DNA of 64,000 nucleotides, from assembly GCF_902652985.1 (NCBI RefSeq), contig NC_047017.1, positions 41,478,001 to 41,542,000 of the forward strand. The letters are read 5' to 3'. The DNA is from Pecten maximus (lineage: Eukaryota). Both the position numbers and the translations under genes were made by a program. Shown piece by piece: positions 53,564 to 64,000 of the stretch. The notes under the pieces were generated by a model, which was not told the DNA's origin, ran no database searches, and saw nothing but the letters and a program-made list of their open reading frames with translations. Position 1 is the stretch's first letter. The number at the start of each line of letters is the position of its first letter.

Positions 53564-54829
53564 TATGGAACGCCATATCCGTCATATATCGTATAGAAAA
53601 TATTAAATGCATTGATATTTTATTATTTTATAGGTTTTCTTCTTTATATGATTTGATTCTGTCATATTGTATGATGTCATTATTATATGATTTGATTTTG
53701 TCATTATATTGTATAATGTCATAATTATATTATTTGATTTTGTCATTATATTGTATGACGTCATTATTATATTATTTGATTTTGTCATTATATTGTATAA
53801 TGTCATAATTATATTATTTGATTTTGTCATTATATTGTATGACGTTATGATTATATTATTTGATTTTGTCATTATATGATATAATGTCATGATTATATTA
53901 TTTGATTTGTCATTATATTGTATGATGTCATGATTATATTATTTGATTTTGTCATTATATTGTATAATGTCATAATTATATTATTTGATTTTGTCATTAT
54001 ATTGTATGACGTCATGATTATATTATTTGATTTTGTCATTATATGGTATAATGTCATAATTATATTATTTGATTTTGTCATTATATTGTATAATGTCATA
54101 ATTATATTATTTGATTTTGTCATTATATTGTATGATGTCAGGATTATATTATTTGATTTTGTCATTATATTGTATGACGTCATGATTATATTATTTGATT
54201 TTGTCATTATATGGTATGATGTCATAATTATATTATTTGATTTTGTCGCTATATTGTATGATGTCATGATTATATTATTTGATTTTGTCATTATATTGTA
54301 TGATGTCATCACATTATTTGAATCTATCATTATATCATATGGTGTCATTATTATACTCTTTAGATTTACCAATATTTGCTTGGATTTTAACGTTATATTA
54401 CTTAGTTTCAACATTATGTTATATGCATTCGTTATGATATGATTCAGTACATATACTATATAATGATATATAATAATCGATATTTTATTGCTATATCGTT
54501 TCATCATCATACAGTGTCTTATTCTTTGACATCATGATATGATTTCACAACTTCATTGTAATGGAAGAACCATATACAACGGACTCCGAATTTTATAAAT
54601 TAAAATATATTATTGATATAGAATCATATATTGATGATATCAAATAATGTAATGTTGACATCATATAATATAATGGTAAAATCATGTCATAAAATTAATT
54701 CTTATGTTACTGATATCAAACCATGTATTGGTGAAATCAAATTATATAATGATAACACCATATGATATAATGAAAATAGCAATCCCCGTAGTAGTTTTAT
54801 GAAATATGTGACAGCTATGGCGATCCATA
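53564..54829. mobile_element. Foldback/MITE element with internal 42-bp array
   Basis: TIRs tatggaacgccatatccgtcatat / atatgtgacagctatggcgatccata, CA on both outer sides (possible 2-bp TSD). Left arm carries tatttgattt motifs, right arm the inverse atcaaat. Confidence 0.75.
53645..54350. repeat. 42-bp AT-rich tandem array, ~17 copies
   Basis: Unit attatattatttgattttgtcattatattgtatgatgtcatg. Confidence 0.95.
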
Positions 54830-54908
54830 CATGTGCACTTATTAAGTGCTTTCCACCAATCACTGAGCACTAGTAGAATCCATCAATGTACGAAATACAG
54901 AAGACTCC

Positions 54909-55118
54909 AATAATAATAATAATAATTTGGATTTATATGTACCGCTATATCACAGCATCAGGGTCCACAAATTATTACCCGTGGTCATGGGCCTTTAGCA
55001 ACCAGCCAATGTCTTTCTTAACTCCCCGGGGAGCATGCCGCCGGAGCTGCCATTTCGGCGCTAACGACTTACACACAACATTTCTTTCGCTACATTACCA
55101 CGTACTCATTTACACCCT
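54909..55118 (-). mobile_element. 5'-truncated Deu/Nin-core SINE (Meta+Deu-like)
   Basis: Minus strand gtgtaaatgagtac...gcgccgaaatggcagc...atgctccccggggagtt...(att)n tail, resembling the conserved Deu/Nin SINE core. tRNA head not seen. Confidence 0.6.
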
Positions 55119-55986
55119 TCAGTCACGTAGCTCTGCGTCTTACCACTAGTCCACCGGCCCACTAACCCTAGGTATAATTCATTTAATGAAACGTTTCCGT
55201 TTGGTTCAGATTTACTCATCTCATCATCAATGGGTGAACTATTCCACATCAGTATTTCACATTGAACACGGGCCTCTAAGGGGAGAAACCTATACAATTT
55301 GGGTAGTAACCAATGTAATATGAATTTTTGGATTACGCCGTGTGTTTTGTAATTATATTACATGTGTACATTGTGACGTCATAATCAAGGCAATAGATAT
55401 AGGTTGAAAAAAGGAATGTGAGTTTTCAATAATGGCCGGAAAAACCGTTTTTTTCTTTGCTGGACTGATTGAAAAATCCTGCACCATACCTTTAAAAAAG
55501 GTGTCCATTTCATAAATAATTTTGTCACAAAATGTGAGGATATGCTCAAACCAATCAAAGCAATCTCCTATAAAGCGGAAACCCATTCTATATACATGGT
55601 CTGTGTATTGTAGTTGGACGTGTAGTTATTGGACTAATAACGTAACGACCGCCTACATAGTACAGTGTAATCAGTGGATACAGCCTTGGTCGTCGTTATC
55701 GGGAGTCAAACACTACACAACAAAGCCATCACACAGGTACAAGCGTGATAGAATGTTTAATGACGAAAAAGAACAACAATGTATATGTAGAGTTACTTGA
55801 AGATAATACATTATCCGCGGATATCTTGATTTTTGTTAATGATGTGATACACAAAACCAACTTTATCAACGTTAAGCAAGAAAAAGTTTATCAGTGACGT
55901 CCCCGGGTAACCGGAAGTTCGGACATTAGACTTACCGTCAATACAAAGGTACCCGATTTACCGTACGACAAGGATATTAAACCTCA

Positions 55987-56236
55987 CGACTCCCAGGGAC
56001 ACACATGTATGTACGACTACCAGGGACACACATGTATGTACGACTACCAGGGACACACGTGTATGTACGACTACCAGGGACACACATGTATGTACGACTA
56101 CCAGGGACACACATGTATGTACGACTACCAGGGACACACATGGATGTACGACTACCAGGGACACACATGGATGTACGACTACCAGGGACACACATGTATG
56201 TACGACTACCAGGGACACACATGGATGTACGACTAC
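55987..56236. repeat. 27-bp tandem array, ~9 copies
   Basis: Unit acgactaccagggacacacatgtatgt. Confidence 0.95.
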
Positions 56237-56514
56237 TTACCGACTCGCATGTTGTCCAGATAACCATTACTGTTACAGTAATTCGATCGTATGTTTTATT
56301 GAATGAGGACATTCTAATGGTACATATGAAAATAGGGTTTTCCAAGATATATATATATATATTATACGTACCTGTGACATGTAGGGGAGTTTGAAGTGTG
56401 TTCTATCGGGTTTCAAAAGCCGACATCAAAGGACGGCCTGATTGGAGTGAATAATTAGAATCGATTATTTCTAAACAAAACGTCGATTAATACCCGAATC
56501 AAACAAAACGTCGA

Positions 56515-57245
56515 GTCACGATAATAGGCGGAACCACTGAGCACAAAGTCTGCATTAAACAATTCTAGGCCAAATATCCAGTCACAATAATAGGCGGAAC
56601 CACTGAGCACAAAGTCTGCATTAAACAATTCTAGGCCAAATATCCAGTCACAATAATAGGCGGAACCACTGAGCACAAAGTCTGCATTAAACAATTCTAG
56701 GCCAAATATCCAGTCACAATAATAGGCGGAACCACTGAGCACAAAGTCTGTATTAAACAATTCTAGGCCAAATATCCAGTCACGATAATAGGCGGAACCA
56801 CTGAGCACAAAGTCTGCATTAAACATTCTAGGCCAAATATCCAGTCACAATAATAGGCGGAACCACTGAGCACAAAGTCTGCATTAAACAATTCTAGGCC
56901 AAATATCCAGTCACGATAATAGGCAGAACCACTGAGCACAAAGTCTGCATTAAACAATTCTAGGCCAAATATCCAGTCACAATAATAGGCGGAACCACTG
57001 AGCACAAAGTCTGCATTAAACCATTCTAGGCCAAATATCCAGTCACAATAATAGGCGGAACCACTGAGCACAAAGTCTGCATTAAACAATTCTAGGCCAA
57101 ATATCCAGTCACGATAATAGGCAGAACCACTGAGCACAAAGCCTGCATTAAACAATTCTAGGCCAAATATCCAGTCACAATAATAGGCAGAACCACTGAG
57201 CACAAAGTCTGCATTAAACATTCTAGGCCAAATATCCAGTCACGA
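56515..57245. repeat. 66-bp tandem array, ~11 copies
   Basis: Unit agtcacaataataggcggaaccactgagcacaaagtctgcattaaacaattctaggccaaatatcc. Confidence 0.97.
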
Positions 57246-57264
57246 AGAATCGGTGGCACTCCTG

Positions 57265-57750
57265 AACAACAAAACAGACTATTTCAAAACATACACTTAC
57301 AATGATGGACAGAACAATAGAAAACACGCTTACTCAACATACACTCACAATGGCGGACGGAACAACGGAAATGACGCCTACAAAACCTTCACTTACAATG
57401 GCAGACTGAAAAACAGACAGGACGCTAACAAAACCTTCACTTACAATGGCAGACTGAAAAACAGACAGGACGCTAACAAAACATACACTTACAATGGCAG
57501 ACTGAAAAACAGACAGGACGCTAACAAAACATACACTTACAATGGCGGATGGAACAACAGAAAAGACGCTCGCAAAACATAGATTCACAATGGCAGATGG
57601 AACAACAGAAAAAAGCTTTAAAACATAGATTCACATTTGCGGACTGAATAGCACAAAAGACACTTACAAAACCTTCACTTACAATTGCGGACGGAACAAC
57701 AGAAATGACACTTACAAAACCTTTACTTATAATGGCGGACGGAACAAGAA
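57265..57750. repeat. 48-bp tandem array, ~10 copies, divergent
   Basis: Unit caaaaccttcacttacaatggcagactgaaaaacagacaggacgctaa. Confidence 0.92.
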
Positions 57751-57887
57751 ACTGGCTATCACAGAATGCACTCTCACACACACTTTCACAACATTAGACA
57801 TTAAACATTAGATAATAATGAATGTTTCGCTGTTTGTTATTGTCATGAGCAAAGATGTAAACAAAAGACCTGTCACGTTAGATTGAT

Positions 57888-58308
57888 ATAATCTAACATG
57901 GGTCTGTTCCATAGATAGGGATATCTCAACCCGAGTGTAAGAGTGTGACCAGCTAAGCTCATACACGAGGGTTGAAATATCTTTGTTCGTGGAACAGACC
58001 CATGCTTGATTATTTTCTCACACAAGTGCAAGCAAATGTAAGTTTTTATGAAAATTTTTCATCGCGCAATCTACAATGTTCCTGGGCATGCGCGGCAAAA
58101 ATGATGACGTGGTTACTCAACGTAAAATGATGGCGTTACCTAATTATGAGCAGTGTCATATAGCGCGTGCTTTAATATTTTAGTTTCATACTGGTTTGAA
58201 AGAAAAGCCGAATTTCAAACTTATCCGCACATTCATTCAGTGTGCAAATCGATTTTTTTTTTCAAACCAGCGTGACACTAAAAATAAATAATCCTATTAA
58301 TTCCTTAA
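57888..58308. mobile_element. Double-hairpin DNA-transposon remnant (Crypton-like)
   Basis: Two long imperfect inverted repeats (57888-58013 and 58176-58286), ending attaattccttaa. Family assignment tentative. Confidence 0.5.
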
Positions 58309-61300
58309 TAATGGTGTTCTCTTTCAGATGTACATCGTCGATGAGTGACCTTTGAAGTTACAAATCTACGCAGTATAGTACATGCTTAAAGGGTTTGCCC
58401 ACGATGGTTTCATGTTCATTTGTTAGAGAAATATTCGAGCATTTTGTCTGTTTTTATATAGTGGTGAACACAGAACCGTAGTTTCTAAACAGAGATCGCA
58501 TCGTCAAATCCGTGTTAAAATTCCACACACTGACCGAAGCTGAGTAATCCGATCATCGTCATCATAGCCGATCTTTCGGATTTTCAAAATTATTTAGTTT
58601 TAGTTTTAGATCTGATATATCTACAACAGCTATTCCTATATTTATCCGAGCCAAAGTGATTGTTCAAAGTGTAAAACAATGTTAACTTTGCCGCGTGTAT
58701 TCGTTGAAGATATTTCTTGGTTCTATTAAGCAGCTAGATAAAATTCCCTTCATAGATTAAGTGATCACTCTTCCATATTTCTATATACAAAATGTGATTG
58801 AAATGCGTCTGGTATGATGCTAATTGGTATCTTTACCTTTCAAATTGTAATTACCAATTTAGCCCTTCGTCAGTCTCAGCTGTATTACACTTGAGTATCG
58901 CGACATCCTGATCTATATTTAGCACCATGTTGACCTACGTTACGTCTACCCTTTGTCCACATATACTTAGATAGCTCGCATTATACATGCGACCTCAGAC
59001 AACAGCTTCGTCGTCATGGAACGGCTGTTTCATTAATTGATTAAAAACTGCTGAAAATGACAACGACACCATACAAGATGATGATAACAAGAAATTCAGT
59101 TAATTGACAGACTTTCAATAATCCACAGATGACGGCAGCTCATTCCTTTCGAGGAACATTCATAAAAACAAGAAACTCATTAATTTGATCGTTATTTATT
59201 CATCTGAACAACGAACACAATTAACAAAAAGAGGAAGTATCACAGGAAATATCTGTTCTACACTTTCTTAATGTCTACTTAATGATGACAATACATACAA
59301 CAGAATTAATTGTTAAAATCGTACAGGTGACACAAGTTAGTGCTCTGAATATAACCAGTGTGTCCCTTTCTAAATGTAGCAATACTATTGTTTAATTGGT
59401 TAACATGTTTCGGATCTCTATCAATAAACAATTCTCCTGTATTACCGTGAGATCTAAAATCCACATATGACAAATCAATGTCTGTGTCACCATTCGTCCT
59501 ACATTGTCAAGGTGCCCCTTCTGAATTGTCGGCCATACTTTGGTGATTAGTTGTAGCAATAGAATATTTGGTGGATATTTTTTAACAGGTAATCCTGGTG
59601 AAATTAATGAAATAATAATATTGTAAGTTGTGTTGTTATGTGATTTATAATAATGAATACAATGTAATTATGTTATAATGAAATATATATACATGTATAT
59701 ATATTAAATTCCTGAAATGTTTAGTAGACTTTAGGGAGATAAAAGTTAACTTTTTTTTTCATATTCACGTCTGTTTAGTTATGTCCCTTTGGTACCTTTT
59801 GTAGGTTGCAAGCAATTTTGTTACATTTGAGGTTCTGTATACTTCAACTTTTTATAACTAAAACATTGTTCCTGTTAACGCTGCTGCAATAGTTAAGCCA
59901 TCTTTTCTCATTCAGTTTCACTGGTTCATTCGAAATGAATTAAACTGCTCTCAGATTTGTGACACTGTCATCACATGTCTTAACTTTATTCAAAAATGCT
60001 ATAGAAGTTGTACATAAAAATGATTTGTATAAGCTCGTGATAATTTACCCTCAACTGTAGGTTGTCCCTAGCGTATTGCGCCCTTAATGTGAATGGTCAT
60101 ACCCAACATTCTGAGTTGATACGCGTTTTATGCGTCTGAAAGAAGACATCCGAATCCGGATGTAATACAGACAAGTTTTTCAGTAATAATGAAAATGGAG
60201 TTAAATCTTTCTGGTATTGTAAATTCACCCGACCAGTGTCTTCTCATCAGGCATATTTCATCGCTGTTTCTTGTCATATCTCTCATAGAAATACGATGTT
60301 AATTTTCATCATAAATAAAGTCGTTTTTTTCTAATGTGTTCCGGCCACGGTTGCAAAAAGTAAATAAAGAAATCGACGAAAATTTTGCTTTGCAGATCAT
60401 ACGGAGTATTCACATCAAAATGTTCATACAGTTTTTTTTCAAGTCCTCTGTTGAAACGGATTCATTTGGTTAACAACAGCGTTCCCTTTGTGTAACAACT
60501 TGACAATATTGTAAGAACCATTAAACATTGGTGAATTTATAATGCTCAATATTATCAAAATGTTGTTTTTGTAATATATACCTAATGGACAACTTAGATC
60601 TAGATTTATTTGAGCACAACTGTCCTTTGGAGTGAATGGCGGTCCCATCATACGGATAATTGAAATTCGTCTCCAAGAACTACGTTTGTTGAATCCTTAA
60701 TCTTCAAAAGTAGCTCGATGTCGTCATTGGAATCATCCCTGAACCTATCTGTGTTTTAGTCAGTCCGAAGACATTAAACATGCAAGAAATGATAAAAAAA
60801 ATCCTAATTTATCGAATGTCAATTGACGAATATATATAATTGATAAAACTGGTACGCTTATGTTTTCTTAAATCTCTGAAATATAAACATATTCAATTTA
60901 ACTTTAATTAGCACATTTATAATTACATTAGTAAGTTGATGTCTATATATAAACTCTCAACAGACAGATATAAGTAAACCACTAAAGACATATTATGGAA
61001 TATACATGTATATAGCTGTTCCACGTTTGGCAGATTGCATTCATTATCGATATAAATGCAGTCTGACTGAGTGATAAATGTGATAACGAGTCAATAGTTA
61101 AACATATGTAAGACGAAATTTTACGACGAACACAGGAACGACAACCCATCATGTTACGATAATATACGATAATGGAGTATACAAATAGCCATGTATGTCT
61201 CACAGTGTTAACACTCAATTAGAGAAAGCTTGCTTAACGAGGTAGGACAAGGGGTTAACAAGTACAGCAACATACCTCGGACCATGCCCTCTACTTACTT

Positions 61301-61475
61301 CAAACAACCGCTGACATGCCATCTATAATGAAGAGGATATTTGTAGCCAGTACTAATGTCAATGAGTCCGTTCTCATAACGGGTAGGGCAACACCGATTG
61401 CCCGACACGCAGTGACTTATACATGGTTGTCACGTAATGGACGGGTATTGTTAACGAATATGGCATTATAGATAC

Positions 61476-62070
61476 AATCTGGGCCGGACAGGTACTGATC
61501 GTGAGTCTAGGAGCACAGATTATAAATAAAATCTGGCCCGAACATGTACGTATTGTGAGTCTAGAAACACAGATTATAAATAAAATCTGGGCCGGACAGG
61601 ACTGTTTGTGAGTCTAGTAACACAGATTATAAATAAAATCTGGGCCGGACAGGTACGAATTGTGAGTCTAGTAACACATGCAGATTATCAATAAAATCTG
61701 GGCCGGATAGATACGGATTGTGAGTCTATATGAACACAGATTATCAATAAAATCTGAGCCGGACAGGACTGTTTGTGAGTCTAGGAACACAGATTACAAA
61801 TAAAATCTGGGCCGGACAGGTACAGATTGTGAGTCTAGGAACACAGATTACCAATAAAATCTGAGCCGGACAGGACTGTTTGTGAGTCTAGTAACACAGA
61901 TTATAAATAAAATCTGGGCCGGACAGGACTGTTTGTGAGTCTAGGAACACAGATTATAGATAAAATCTGGGCCGGACAGGTACAGATTGTGAGTCTAGGA
62001 ACACAGATTATCAATAAAATCTGGGCCGGAAAGGTAATGACAACACAATCTGGGCCAGACAGGTACTGAC
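61476..62070. repeat. 52-56-bp tandem array, ~11 copies
   Basis: Unit aataaaatctgggccggacaggtacagattgtgagtctaggaacacagattata. Confidence 0.94.
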
Positions 62071-62784
62071 AGAGAGTCCTATAGGATCATGAATAAAATG
62101 TGGGTAATTGGTGACTAACGTTCTGGGCTTTCTTTTGTGTCTAGATGATCGAAGTTTAATCTTAAATATATGTTAATATGAAATAAAAATAACACTGAAT
62201 ATGCATTCAATAACAACAAGAGTAATATTGATTAAAGGATACTATCAATGGATGGATAATATATAATCAATGGGAATAAAGATAGCATGTTTAAAGAGCA
62301 ATAAAAAATCAAGAAGAACATTGATTTGCAAAGGGGAATCACAGCAGTGTTCTATAAAGGGAGATTGTTGTATATATTTAATAACTGTGAATATTGTGTC
62401 TGTGTAGGATGAATTAAAACGATCGTGTAACCTCACTTCACTGCTTTCTAATACGAAAATCGTCATTGGTGTCACAATTACTGTATTCTATGTACCGTGC
62501 TAACGGTCAATATTAAATGTTATATTTTGTTTGTTTATATATGACGACTGTTGTAGCAGTAATTAGTACACGAGAATGTGATGATATTTTACACGTATAA
62601 TACAGTAATTAGCAAAGCTTTCATCTCTTTACTGACAAGGAATGACTGTTACATCAACACTACAATGTTATATATATTTTGTATAAGTCATCTTAAGGCA
62701 CATATTTTACATACATTACCCGGTTTATTGCCCGAAATGCAGTATACTTATCAACTGTTTACTGGGTCACATATCGGGAACATC

Positions 62785-64000
62785 GTATTGACTACATATC
62801 AACTTTAGAGGATGTGGATTCAGACCAGCCATTGTATTTACTAACATCAATTTTAGAGGATGTGGTTTCAGATCAGCCTATTGTATTGACTACAGATCAA
62901 CTTTAGTGGATGTGGTTTCAGACCAGCCATTGTATTGACTACAGATCAACTTTAGAGGATGTGAATTCAGACCAGCCATTGTATTGACTACAGATCAACT
63001 TTAGTGGATGTGGTTTCAGACCAGCCATTGTATTGACTACATATCAACTTTAGAGGAAGTGGTTTCAGACCAGCCATTGTATTGACTACAGATCAACTCT
63101 AGAGGAAGTGGTTTCAGACCAGCCATTGTATTGACTACAGACCAACTTTAGAGGATGTGGATTAAGACCAGCCATTGTATTGACTACAGATCAACTTTAG
63201 AGGATGTGGTTTCAGACCAGCCATTGTATTGACTACAGATCAACTTTAGAGGAAGTGGATTCAGACCAGACATTGTATTAACTACAGATCAACTTTAGAG
63301 GAAGTGGATTCAGACCAGACATTGTATTAACTACAGATCAACTTTAGAGGATGTGGTTTCAGACCAGCCATTGTATTGACTACAGATCAACTTTAGATGA
63401 TGTGAATTCAGACCAGCCATTGTATTGACTACAGATCAACTTTAGAGGATGTGGTTTCAGACCAGCCATTGTATTGTCTACAGATCAACTTTAGAGGATG
63501 TGAATTCAGACCAGCCATTGTATTGACTACATATCAACTTTAGAGGATGTGGTTTCAGACCAGCCATTGTATTGACTACGGATCAACTTTAGAGGATGTA
63601 GATTCAGACCAGCCATTGTATTGACTACAGATCAACTTTAGAGGATGCGGATTCAGACCAGCCATTGTATTGACTACAGATCAACTTAGTGGATGTGGTT
63701 TCAGACCAGCCATTGTATTGTCTACAGATCAACTTTAGAGGATGTGGTTTCAGACCAGCCATTGTATGTACTACAGATCAACTTTAGAGGATGTGGTTGC
63801 AGACCAGCCATTGTATTGACTACAGATCAACTTTAGAGGATGCGGATTCAGACCAGCTATTGTATTGACTACAGATCAACTTTAGAGGATGTGGTTGCAG
63901 ACCAGCCATTGTATTGACTACAGATCAACTTCAGAGGATGCGGATTCAGACCAGCTATTGTATTAACTACAGATCAACTTTAGTGGATGTGAATTCAGAC
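62785..64000. repeat. 49-bp minisatellite, ~25 copies, runs off the window end
   Basis: Unit gactacagatcaactttagaggatgtggtttcagaccagccattgtatt. Confidence 0.97.

Noticed and set aside
50211-57781. Repeat-peptide ORFs at 50.2, 53.6-54.5, 56.0, 56.5-57.2 and 57.3 kb
   Set aside because: They coincide exactly with 81, 42, 27, 66 and 48-bp arrays; indels break frames and there is no non-repeat coding context.

Overview
AT-rich, intron-containing animal DNA, most consistent with a mollusc, probably a bivalve (inferred from the style of the SINE, LINE and MITE remnants). The only supportable protein-coding gene is a + strand ether-a-go-go (eag/Kv10, KCNH1/5-like) voltage-gated K+ channel. Nine coding exons (30347-49057) splice at GT-AG sites with compatible phases into about 1134 aa: PAS, S1-S6, C-linker, CNBHD, CaM-binding segment and coiled coil. 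I did not find the first coding exon (PAS-cap), so it probably lies upstream and positions 1-30346 are probably intron 1. The rest is about 20 mostly unrelated minisatellite arrays (15-81 bp units), two LINE 3' fragments, two SINE remnants, several foldback/MITE elements and palindromic DNA-transposon remnants. All long ORFs outside eag are repeat artefacts. The most notable observation is a non-canonical pore: the filter reads TGVGFG instead of TSVGFG, with a Gly->Ser change in the S6 IFGN motif. I see no evidence of a prokaryote-type or multi-gene novel system.
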